Of a DNA stretch of 64,000 nucleotides, positions 25,385 through 33,657 are shown one piece after another; position 1 is the stretch's first letter, and every line of letters starts with the position of its first letter. The DNA comes from Candidatus Peregrinibacteria bacterium (GTDB lineage Bacteria; Patescibacteriota; Gracilibacteria; UBA1369; UM-FILTER-53-11). The notes under the pieces are model-generated. The model saw nothing but the letters and a program-made list of their open reading frames with translations. It made no database searches and was not told the DNA's origin. The stretch lies in the NCBI GenBank assembly GCA_016186205.1, contig JACPMA010000014.1:74409-138408 (forward strand), given 5' to 3'. The position numbers and the translations under genes were made by a program.

Positions 25385-27325
25385 AGATGCTGATGCTGCC
25401 GGCAGAGTCGTGGTACCGGTGACCGCGATCACAGCGCCGTCGCTTTTGATATCAACACGATCTTTCGTCAAAGTAACATCTACAACTGATTTTCCGTTCA
25501 CGTCGATATTTTTAATGCCTTCAAGTTTTTTCAAAACTTCGCTGCTCGGTCCGGTCTGCTGAACATTAAGCACAGCTTCTCCAATCTTCGTGAGGGTGTC
25601 GGTTTTGGCGTCTGTAACGGCAATCTGCAGGCCGTCCGCAATAACGCTTGTGGTCCCTGCGGCAATTGCTTCCAAAATCTTCAAATCTTCCGCTTTATTA
25701 TCCAAAAGCGTTGTTACAGCCTGCTCCTTCGCATCGCTCGGCAACTGCTTTAAATCGGAAACCGCCTCCGAAATCGCTTTACTGTACTCCTTTACTTGCT
25801 GTTGAGCCGTTTCAGTATCGCCCTGCTCGGCAAGGTCATGCGCCTCAAGCAATTTATCGCCGGCCTGTGAAGCAAGTTCCTGGGTTTTTTGCTGCGGATC
25901 AGTCGCTGTTAGAAGTTTTACCTGCCCGATTACTTCTTTTAATGCATAGAGCGGGTCGGTTGGCAGCAACAAAGAAAGTTGCTTTTCGTAAGCGCTCAAC
26001 GCCTCGGTAATCTGCGTTTTCAATGTCAATATCTGTACAGGATCATCAGCTTCGTGATCCAAAATCCATTGAAGGAGGTTTTGCACTTGAACTTTGAATG
26101 CATCTAGCAAGACGCGCGCTTTTTCGGTTTCTCCTTTTGTTAAAAGAACTTGCGCTTCGGCAAATTTTTCCTGCGCTGCCAAAAATACTTTTTTCCTGCG
26201 GGCAAAATCGTCGAGTGTAAGCGCAATTTTTGTTCCTTCAGAAAGCTCTTTCATGCCATAGAAAGGACTGCCCGGCAAAACCTGCACTTGTGAATTTATC
26301 TGTGTTTGATTTTCTTGTTTTACAGTTTCAATATACTGTTTATCCGCAGCAAGATTTTCAGCCACCCACTGGTCTTTTTGGTCTGCAGGCTGAAGTTCTT
26401 GACGAATCTGCGGAGCAAGCGGGGTATCGGTTTTTACTTCTGCCGTAAAACCTTTTACAAGCGTTGTCTCAATGATTTTTTTGTCCGTCGCAACTACAAG
26501 ATCTACTTTGTTTTGAACAGCCGAAACTTTTGCTTTCCCCTTTGCCGTTACAGAAACATCAAAGGCCGCTTTTTTCTTCGCAACAGCCACTGTGTTTTTC
26601 GCTTTTACTTGAAAACGCGAGAAATTATTGATGAGATTGATGACGCGCGACCACAACCGGCCGCGATGAAGCACAAGTTCAACAACGGTTTCCGTCTTGT
26701 TGGCCGGATTCATAAAAAGTTTCGATATTTTCACTTCCGTATTTTCATCAAGCCGGCTCACGCTTTGATCCAAAAACCGGATCACCGCTTTAGAATTCGC
26801 TCCGGTCCGCACAACGTCATCGGATTTGAGTAAAAAATTCGGCGCGCCGAGGATTACTTGTTCGCCGCGCATAACCGTCACGTCTCCGTTTATTTCGCCA
26901 AGCGAAGTCACAAATGATGCTTCCACATTCGGAATTTTGAATGTGAAATTAAAAAACAAACCGAAAACAAAAACTGCTGCCACGATCGATGCCCAGAACC
27001 GACGGTGATTTCTAATCCAAAATGGAATAAACGAAAACCGCCTTGCGTGAAATTCCGCAACGGTTATGAGTTTCTCTTTGAGTAAACTTTGAAAAGCGGC
27101 CGAAGGATGAATTTGAGAGGCAAGATTTTTTATTTTTTCTATAAGATCTGCGAGCGAAGCTTCGTGGAAAGACTTCTTTTGGGCCTGAAGAGAAGCCATA
27201 ATAAGCCGTTTCATGCCAGCCTGTTTTTCTCTTGGAAGAGATATATTAGAACACTGTTTTAGTTTATTTTCAAGCGCGGCGTATGGCGCTATTTTTTTCT
27301 GAAGCAATCTATCTAGAAATTTCAT
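25358..27325 (-). CDS. anti-sigma factor-like membrane protein with a FecR domain and long coiled-coil C-terminal region
   Basis: 655 aa. Single TM helix (FWASIVAAVFVFGLFFNF). FecR-like segment GDVTVMRGEQVILGAPNFLLKSDDVVRTGANSKAVIRF. Directly downstream of an ECF sigma gene. Confidence 0.65.
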   Translation of the reverse strand: MKFLDRLLQKKIAPYAALENKLKQCSNISLPREKQAGMKRLIMASLQAQKKSFHEASLADLIEKIKNLASQIHPSAAFQSLLKEKLITVAEFHARRFSFIPFWIRNHRRFWASIVAAVFVFGLFFNFTFKIPNVEASFVTSLGEINGDVTVMRGEQVILGAPNFLLKSDDVVRTGANSKAVIRFLDQSVSRLDENTEVKISKLFMNPANKTETVVELVLHRGRLWSRVINLINNFSRFQVKAKNTVAVAKKKAAFDVSVTAKGKAKVSAVQNKVDLVVATDKKIIETTLVKGFTAEVKTDTPLAPQIRQELQPADQKDQWVAENLAADKQYIETVKQENQTQINSQVQVLPGSPFYGMKELSEGTKIALTLDDFARRKKVFLAAQEKFAEAQVLLTKGETEKARVLLDAFKVQVQNLLQWILDHEADDPVQILTLKTQITEALSAYEKQLSLLLPTDPLYALKEVIGQVKLLTATDPQQKTQELASQAGDKLLEAHDLAEQGDTETAQQQVKEYSKAISEAVSDLKQLPSDAKEQAVTTLLDNKAEDLKILEAIAAGTTSVIADGLQIAVTDAKTDTLTKIGEAVLNVQQTGPSSEVLKKLEGIKNIDVNGKSVVDVTLTKDRVDIKSDGAVIAVTGTTTLPAASASKEPLKNSL

Positions 27326-27369
27326 GGGACCAATATGTTACAACGATAAAAAATGGCTTCTGTTACAGA

Positions 27370-27939
27370 TTAAAAGTCGGAAATGCCCATTTTTTCAAGT
27401 ACTCTCTTCAGACTCTTCAGAGCCCGAAACTGAAGAATGCGTAGCGCGGCTTGGCTTCGGCCCATAATTTGGGCGATTTCTTCATTTGATAAATCATTCA
27501 TATATTTCAAAATGAGGATCTGGCGGTAATGATCTTTAAGCTCTTTCATGGCTTGACCGAGAATTTGCTGATCAAAATGCCGATGCGCGCGTTCAATGCT
27601 ATTCGCCTCAATGCGTAAATCGGGAATATCTTCGGATAATTCATCTTTAAAATGATTTGAGCGGTAAAAATCCACCGTGATGTTATGCGCGATCCTAAAA
27701 AGCCATGCGGAAAAACGCCGCTTGGGACGGTAACTGCGGATACTTTCCCACGTTTTTAAAAAAACGAGTTCCGTGAGATCTTCCGCTTCTTCGGCGCCGA
27801 CGCGATAATAAAGATAACGGTAAATCGGACCAACAAAAAGATCATAAATTTTGCCGAAAGATTCGCTGTCGCCGCGCTGCGATTTGCCGACAAGAGCTTC
27901 AATTTCAGGATCAGTAAGTTGCGGTTTTTGGCTTTGCAT
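27370..27939 (-). CDS. ECF-type RNA polymerase sigma-70 family factor
   Basis: The start was moved to the interior ATG (MQSQKPQL...), 8 nt after the upstream stop. Region 2 (FGKIYDLFVGPIYRYLYYRV, FLKTWES) and region 4 HTH (LSNEEIAQIMGRSQAALRILQFRALKSLK). Confidence 0.85.
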   Translation of the reverse strand: MQSQKPQLTDPEIEALVGKSQRGDSESFGKIYDLFVGPIYRYLYYRVGAEEAEDLTELVFLKTWESIRSYRPKRRFSAWLFRIAHNITVDFYRSNHFKDELSEDIPDLRIEANSIERAHRHFDQQILGQAMKELKDHYRQILILKYMNDLSNEEIAQIMGRSQAALRILQFRALKSLKRVLEKMGISDF

Positions 27940-27946
27940 AGAGGTT

Positions 27947-29431
27947 TTATATGGCTTCCGATAGTACCATCTTTTCTGTGAGAAATTCAACCGGCGATCG
28001 ATTATCCAGAGCGATTTCTCCGCTTGGATTATTGGCGATCAGTGTGATTCCGCGGAGAATTTTTGAAAGGAGCGATTGGAGTTCGAGTGAAAATTTATCG
28101 AGCGATACTGTGGAAAAATCCGGCGCGGCCTTAAACGCAAAAATAAGCGAATTATAAGAATTCTCTTCTCTTAATTCATACGTGAAAGGAAACACATCCG
28201 TTACAGTATTTTTAATAAGCGTTAAAAGTTCGGAATCGGTTGAAACAGAAGCAATGTTCATCATCATGCTGCCGTTTGGCTCGAGACGGGACTTCACAAG
28301 TTCGAAAAATTCCTTTGTGGCGAGATGGAACGGAATGTAGAGTTCATCGCGATATACATCAACCATTATAAAATCGTATTTTTCCTTTGTATTAGCCAAA
28401 AACATGCGGCCGTCGTTTTCATGAATTTGCATCGGAATTTCATCTGAATTAAAAAAACGCTTGCCGGTTTGAATCATGAGCGGATCGATTTCAACGCCGG
28501 CAAGTTCAAGCTGCGGATAAAAATGATGGAGAATGCGTGCGCTGGACGCTCCGGCGGTTCCGAGAATTAAAAATTTTTTGCCGTTTGGATTTATTGCCTG
28601 CAGAAATGCGGCTGCATCCCAATAATATCCGGTCAGATTTTTGCGCGGATGATACAGCGACTGCACGCCGACGCCTTCGTTTGTTAAAAGGGCGCGCGCG
28701 CCGGAATCATCCTCAAAAACGCGGATATAATTATAAACTGACTCGCCTTCATAAATAAGATCCGGATGCGCGTGTATGGATGATGGAATGAAAAAAAGCG
28801 CGATTGGAAGAATGAGCAAACCGAGTAGAATGGCTTTTCTTAAACCAAAAACACCAAGCATTATCAACATGCCGCCGAAAAGAAAAAATGTTTCGCGGGA
28901 ACCAAGGAAAGGAATGGTTACGAGAACCGGAAGAAACGTTCCGACGATGCTTCCGAGCGTGGAAAATGCATAAAGCGATCCGACTGTGGATCCGGCGCTG
29001 TCCATTTTTTTGAAACTCAAACGCGCTGCAAGCGGACTCACCATGCCGAGGAGAAAAAACGGAATAAGAAAAAGAACGAGCGTTGCGACGAGAGAACCAA
29101 GAAAAATCGAGAGGTTTTGGCGTTCTATGGCGCCGTACGCAAAAAGAAACACCGGCTTGCCTACAAAAGGAATAAGAGTAATAAAAACACCCGTTGCGAG
29201 AATAATCGGATAGAGAATTTTTTGCGCGGTTGCACCGTTATTTCGATCGGCAAGTTTTCCGCCGACAAAATATCCAAGCGCAAGCGCGGCCATAACGACA
29301 CCGATAATATTCGTCCAAACAAAAAGCGACGCGCCGAAGTACGGCGCAAGCAAACGGGATGCTGTTAACTCTACGGCCATAACGGCCATGCCTGTGATAA
29401 AAACGGTGAGGAATAGAAAAAATCGGCTCAT
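27947..29431 (-). CDS. fused polytopic membrane domain / spermidine-synthase-like aminopropyltransferase
   Basis: 494 aa. About 7 N-terminal TM helices, then the SAM-fold motif FLILGTAGASSARIL...LELAGVEIDP and DFIMVDVY. Confidence 0.8.
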   Translation of the reverse strand: MSRFFLFLTVFITGMAVMAVELTASRLLAPYFGASLFVWTNIIGVVMAALALGYFVGGKLADRNNGATAQKILYPIILATGVFITLIPFVGKPVFLFAYGAIERQNLSIFLGSLVATLVLFLIPFFLLGMVSPLAARLSFKKMDSAGSTVGSLYAFSTLGSIVGTFLPVLVTIPFLGSRETFFLFGGMLIMLGVFGLRKAILLGLLILPIALFFIPSSIHAHPDLIYEGESVYNYIRVFEDDSGARALLTNEGVGVQSLYHPRKNLTGYYWDAAAFLQAINPNGKKFLILGTAGASSARILHHFYPQLELAGVEIDPLMIQTGKRFFNSDEIPMQIHENDGRMFLANTKEKYDFIMVDVYRDELYIPFHLATKEFFELVKSRLEPNGSMMMNIASVSTDSELLTLIKNTVTDVFPFTYELREENSYNSLIFAFKAAPDFSTVSLDKFSLELQSLLSKILRGITLIANNPSGEIALDNRSPVEFLTEKMVLSEAI

Positions 29432-29741
29432 GGAATTGCTGCTTGGCCTATTGTAACATTCCTCATTCTTAGGCGTATATATTGGTGCTCAAAATTCGCA
29501 TTCTTCAGTCCCGGTTTTGAATTCCTCTATTGGGGGCAAAATCGGGATTTCGCAAATTGCAAATATATATATCAGCGAGTATCATCCACTCCTTTAGTGC
29601 GATCTTTTACAATGCCCAAATCGAGGCAACATTATGCAAAATGCCAGGGGCTAGTCGGCGCATTTTATATAATGTTGCTTCGAATGTATCTTCACGGAAC
29701 ACCTCAACCATTTGTTCCCGTGGAGGTCGGGGGCAACGTTT

Positions 29742-29759
29742 AGGAAAGAGAGATTTCAA
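29742..29759. repeat. 18-nt motif AGGAAAGAGAGATTTCAA (left inverted repeat of the GC-rich unit)
   Basis: The reverse complement of 30921-30937 is AGGAAAGAGAGATTCAA: 14 nt identical, a 1-nt indel, then CAA. Confidence 0.55.
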
Positions 29760-29794
29760 GTTCGCAAACCATTCGTACAGGAGGCTCGAGAAAC

Positions 29795-30853
29795 ATGAGA
29801 AAGGACTGGACCCAAAATCTGTGGCTCCTGGGAACGTGGCTGTTCCTGGCATACGTGGGGACGGGCGTCATGCCCAAAGTCTTCACGTACGGACTCGGCG
29901 GGGTCGACAAAGTCAGCCAGAACCAGTACGCGATCTTCAGCACGGCCGGCGGGATCATCGTCGGTCTGCTGATCGTCTTCGGACTGGGCTGGCTCCGCCA
30001 CTTCAAGCGGACGATCCCGTGGGAGGGCACGATGACGTGCGTGTCCGGCTTCAGCACGGCTGTTGTCATCGTGACGACGACCTTGATGTACACGTTCAAG
30101 GGCGTGTCGGTGATGGTGGCACAGGTGCTGATGCGGGGCAGCGTCATCATCTTGATGCTGGGTATCGACGGCATCATGATCTGGCGTGGGCTCAGCACGA
30201 CGAAGATCACGCGGACCCAGTACAAGGGCGTCGCCTTCGCGCTCGCGGCCATCGCGTTGGCGATCTTCGCTCCGGCTCGGCCGCTCAAGCCGGGACAGTA
30301 CGCAGCGACCTTCACGGAGATCCTGCCGACGTTGCTCGCGTACATCTTCCTGGGATACGCAATCCGCCTCTTCATCCAGCAGCTCTGGAAGCACAAGAAG
30401 GGAGAGGCGGCCCAGGACAACCGCGGTTTCTTCGCGGTTGAGCAGCTCTTCGCGGTGGCGACGCTCGTGGCGGTCGCGGTGTACATCTGCTTCTCGTCCT
30501 CGACGGCTCCGGGCCTCGTCGACGCGCAGCAGGCGTTCAAACACTGGAACGGGTGGGCGATGGTGAGCGGCATTTTCTTCGGTCTGGTGGCGGTGCCGAG
30601 CGTGTTCCTGATGATGCTCAAGGGACGCACGGGAACCTTCGGCGCGCTGCTGAACCGGGTGGTGACGCTGATCGCCGGAACAATCGCGACGTGCGCGCTC
30701 GCGATCGCCGTCGCCGGCCAGAACTGGCCGACGGTGTACGACTGGGTGTCGTTCGGACTGTTGCTGCTTGCCCTGCACTACGTGGGGAAGGCGGCGGCGG
30801 AGAAGAAGAAGGCGGCGGTGACCCTGGTGCGTCCGGCCGGCGCGACGGCCTAG
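29795..30853 (+). CDS. polytopic membrane protein (about 10 TM, 5+5; DMT/EamA-like by topology only) on compositionally foreign DNA
   Basis: 352 aa. AGGAGG at 29779-29784, 10 nt before the ATG. 24 of the first 30 codons end in G/C. Hydrophobic spans run throughout the sequence. This is the only frame in the region that gives a sensible protein. Confidence 0.75.
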   Translation: MRKDWTQNLWLLGTWLFLAYVGTGVMPKVFTYGLGGVDKVSQNQYAIFSTAGGIIVGLLIVFGLGWLRHFKRTIPWEGTMTCVSGFSTAVVIVTTTLMYTFKGVSVMVAQVLMRGSVIILMLGIDGIMIWRGLSTTKITRTQYKGVAFALAAIALAIFAPARPLKPGQYAATFTEILPTLLAYIFLGYAIRLFIQQLWKHKKGEAAQDNRGFFAVEQLFAVATLVAVAVYICFSSSTAPGLVDAQQAFKHWNGWAMVSGIFFGLVAVPSVFLMMLKGRTGTFGALLNRVVTLIAGTIATCALAIAVAGQNWPTVYDWVSFGLLLLALHYVGKAAAEKKKAAVTLVRPAGATA

Positions 30854-30863
30854 GGATGCGAAT

Positions 30864-30905
30864 CTTCGGGCGGTCGGTGGGGGAAACTCTGCCGACCGTC
30901 CGAAG
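30864..30905 (+). terminator. GC-rich hairpin after the foreign gene
   Basis: CTTCGGGCGGTCGG (30864-30877) pairs with CCGACCGTCCGAAG (30892-30905) around a ~13-nt loop. It starts 11 nt after the TAG. No T-run follows. Confidence 0.45.
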
Positions 30906-30920
30906 ACCGTATGAAATGCA

Positions 30921-31024
30921 TTGAATCTCTCTTTCCTTGTTCTATTTTTAAGCTCAGCTTCGCTCAAAAACTGGCAGAGCCAGATCTTTTCGCTCGCTTC
31001 GCGCTCGGCCCGTGGCCTCGCAGC
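30921..31024. repeat. ~104-bp element, left copy of the inverted pair flanking fbp/fba
   Basis: The reverse complement aligns with 33014-33115. The first 27 nt (GCTGCGAGGCCACGGGCCGAGCGCGAA) are identical, and there are about 8 differences over the inner ~80 nt by hand alignment. It ends 5 nt from the fbp stop. Confidence 0.8.
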
Positions 31025-31029
31025 GCGGA

Positions 31030-31935
31030 TCAAGACAGATAATTTTCAATTTGTTCCACCGTTTTCTTCGACCCGATATAAATCGGAGTTCTTTGATGTA
31101 GTTCGGTTATTTTTTTTGCAAGGATGCGGGTTTTGCCGTCGCTGGATGCGCCTCCGGCTTGCTCCATTAAAAGCGCCATGGGATTGCATTCAAAAAGCAA
31201 TCGCAATTTGCCGTCCGGAGCCTTGGAATAACCCGGATACGTAAAAATTCCATTCCCTTTTAGAAAAATATGATTTAAATCCGGCACCATGCCACCGGAA
31301 TATCGCAGTGTTAAGCCATTTTTTATCCATTCATTCACAAGCTTTAAATAATCCTCGCGCTCGGCGGCCGCGCGTAAATTTCCCGGCGCAAAATGTTTTG
31401 AATCCTCGGCAACGCGGAGATTTTCGCGCGTGAGATAAAATTCCTCATTATCCGCAAGTCTAAATTCATGCGTGCCTTTTTTTGTAGTTATAACAAGCGT
31501 CGTGTGCGGGCCATATACAGCAAACGCTGCGGCAACTTGATCATCACCGGTTTTCCCAATTGGATTGCCGCCAGGATACACGCCAAAAATCGAACCGACC
31601 GCAAAATTAACATCAACTAACGAAGAGCCATCCAGCGGATCAAAAACAACGGTGAATTGCCCCGAAGATTTCACTGCCACCGCTTCTTCCAGCTCTTCCG
31701 ACGCAAGCCGCTCAACAAGGCCGGACTTTTTCAATTCATCAACGACAATTTCATTCGCTTGCACATCCAGCGCAAGCTGCTTTTCGCCGTAGACATTTTC
31801 ACTCCCTGCTAATTCTCCGCCCTGTTTTCCAATCGCATCACTAATTTTTACAACAGTGCGAGGAATTATCTCTCCCATGAGCCGCGCAAGATTTGCTTCG
31901 CAGCCGGATTTCTGCAAAAATTCGAGCAGTTTCAT
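31030..31935 (-). CDS. fbp: fructose-1,6-bisphosphatase class 1
   Basis: 301 aa. FDPLDGSS metal site, and YSGGMVPD...GKLRLLFECNPMALLMEQAGGASSDG. Confidence 0.8.
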   Translation of the reverse strand: MKLLEFLQKSGCEANLARLMGEIIPRTVVKISDAIGKQGGELAGSENVYGEKQLALDVQANEIVVDELKKSGLVERLASEELEEAVAVKSSGQFTVVFDPLDGSSLVDVNFAVGSIFGVYPGGNPIGKTGDDQVAAAFAVYGPHTTLVITTKKGTHEFRLADNEEFYLTRENLRVAEDSKHFAPGNLRAAAEREDYLKLVNEWIKNGLTLRYSGGMVPDLNHIFLKGNGIFTYPGYSKAPDGKLRLLFECNPMALLMEQAGGASSDGKTRILAKKITELHQRTPIYIGSKKTVEQIENYLS

Positions 31936-31955
31936 AACAAACCCAATTCTAACAT

Positions 31956-32999
31956 ATGAATAAAGATATTCTTTCTAAAACCGCAAAAGCCATGGTGGCG
32001 CCCGGAAAAGGGATTCTCGCTATTGATGAAAGCCACTCAACGTGCAAAAAACGCTTTGATGCCTACAACATTGAATGCACGGAAGAAAATCGCCGGGCGT
32101 ACCGCGAAGTCCTTATTACGGCGCCCGGAGCCGAGGAGTTTTTAAGCGGCATGATTTTGTTTGATGAAACGCTGCGGCAAAAAACGAAGGGTGGCGTGGC
32201 GTTTGCCGAAGTTTTAAAGAAAAAAGGAATGATTCCTGGAATCAAAGTGGATAAAGGCGCGTTTGATCTCGCGCTGCATCCTGGAGAAAAAATCACAGAA
32301 GGTCTGGATGGCTTGCGTGAGCGATTAACTGAATATAAAGCGCTCGGCGCCGGATTTGCGAAGTGGCGCGCTGTAATCACTATCGGAGCGGGAATTCCAA
32401 GTATGGCATGTATTTATGGAAACGCTCATGCGCTCGCGCGGTATGCCGCGTTATGCCAAGAACAAGACATCGTTCCAATGGTGGAACCGGAAATTTTAAT
32501 TGATGGAAATCACACGATTGAAAAATGCTATGAAGTGACGGCGCTAACTTTGAAAACGGTTTTTGCACAGTTAAAAGAGCAAGGCGTTTTGCCGGAAGGA
32601 ACTATTTTGAAGGTAAGTATGGTGCTTTCCGGAAAAGCTTGTCCCACGCAGTCTGACGTGGAAGAAGTGGCGCTGGAAACGATCCGATGCTTGAAAGAAA
32701 ATGTGCCGCCAAATTTAGCCGGCATTGTATTTCTCTCCGGCGGCCAGAGCGACGAAAAAGCGACCGCTCATTTGGATGCCATGAATAAACTTGCTGCTGC
32801 CGGCGGCGCGAACAAACTTCCGTGGCCTTTAAGCTTTTCTTACGGCCGCGCCATCCAATCCGCCGCACTCCAAATTTGGGCAAAAGACCGCATGGCCGTT
32901 GATCGCGCGCAAAAAGCGGTAGTCATGCGCTCAAAATTAAACAGCCTCGCCACGCTTGGCAAATACGACGCGGCGCTGGAAGCAAACTTGAGCTTATAA
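31956..32999 (+). CDS. fba: fructose-bisphosphate aldolase class I
   Basis: 347 aa. GILAIDESHSTCKKRF, Schiff-base region ILKVSMV, and LSGGQSDE. The start is only 20 nt from the divergent fbp start. Confidence 0.85.
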   Translation: MNKDILSKTAKAMVAPGKGILAIDESHSTCKKRFDAYNIECTEENRRAYREVLITAPGAEEFLSGMILFDETLRQKTKGGVAFAEVLKKKGMIPGIKVDKGAFDLALHPGEKITEGLDGLRERLTEYKALGAGFAKWRAVITIGAGIPSMACIYGNAHALARYAALCQEQDIVPMVEPEILIDGNHTIEKCYEVTALTLKTVFAQLKEQGVLPEGTILKVSMVLSGKACPTQSDVEEVALETIRCLKENVPPNLAGIVFLSGGQSDEKATAHLDAMNKLAAAGGANKLPWPLSFSYGRAIQSAALQIWAKDRMAVDRAQKAVVMRSKLNSLATLGKYDAALEANLSL

Positions 33000-33013
33000 A
33001 TAAGTTCTTCATT

Positions 33014-33115
33014 GCTGCGAGGCCACGGGCCGAGCGCGAAACGAGCGAAGAATCTGGCTTTGCCAGTTCTTAGCGAAGTTGAGCTTATAAATAAAGAAAG
33101 GGAGAGAATCTTGAA
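33014..33115. repeat. ~102-bp element, right copy of the inverted pair flanking fbp/fba
   Basis: It starts 14 nt after the fba TAA. It contains the hairpin AAGAA-T-CTGGC-TTT-GCCAG-TTCTT; the partner copy keeps an equivalent hairpin with changed A/T-rich pairs. Confidence 0.8.
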
Positions 33116-33225
33116 GGCGGGAAGCGATAGAACTTGATTATGGACGTAATGCCGATAATCGGGTAGCTATGCTTTTGGTCCCAATCCTTTCAAAAATCTC
33201 TTAACCCTTTCAATAAGGAGATACG

Positions 33226-33636
33226 TTAAGGCTTCCAAACTGGAAGCTGCGCGACATTCCCGTCGGCTTTTATAAAAACGGGGTTTCGCGCGGGGATCAT
33301 GCGGGATGTAACATCGCTTTGTCGAATTTCATTTAAAGATTTCATTCGCGCGATGCCGGTTGATTGCATTTCGCGCGCAGTCATGAGGCGATCGCGTTCA
33401 ATCTCGAGTTTGCGCAACTGATAGCCTTTTGTGTGAATTTCAGTGAATTTTATAAGGTACACAAAACTCAAAAGCCCGATCATCAAAGTCATGGAAAAAA
33501 GCAAAAAGAATCGGCCTACGCGCAGCGTCAGAGGAAATGCGGAGCGCGTATGGATGGCTCGATGGAATTGAGAACGGTGTGTGAGGATGAGTTGTGCCAT
33601 ATATTTTGGCTTTCCGTGACCCGGTGCATGAAGCAC
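33226..33636 (-). CDS. ftsL: FtsL-like cell-division protein (TM plus coiled coil)
   Basis: It lies immediately downstream of rsmH, as in dcw clusters. Single TM helix FFLLFSMTLMIGLLSFVYLI followed by a heptad-like segment. The start is uncertain (alternative ATG at 33600). Confidence 0.45.
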   Translation of the reverse strand: MLHAPGHGKPKYMAQLILTHRSQFHRAIHTRSAFPLTLRVGRFFLLFSMTLMIGLLSFVYLIKFTEIHTKGYQLRKLEIERDRLMTAREMQSTGIARMKSLNEIRQSDVTSRMIPARNPVFIKADGNVAQLPVWKP

Positions 33637-33657
33637 AACGGGCCACGGAATAAATTT

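Noticed and set aside
29530-31033. Five long ORFs (29530-30441 +, 29740-30630 -, 29756-31033 -, 30186-30566 +, 30553-30924 +) overlap the 29795-30853 gene.
   Set aside because: Their translations are Arg/Pro/Gly/Ala-rich and low-complexity, with no hydrophobic periodicity or motifs. Open frames of this kind are expected by chance in ~65% GC DNA. Only the 29795-30853 frame has an RBS, a G/C-ending codon bias and a coherent membrane-protein sequence.
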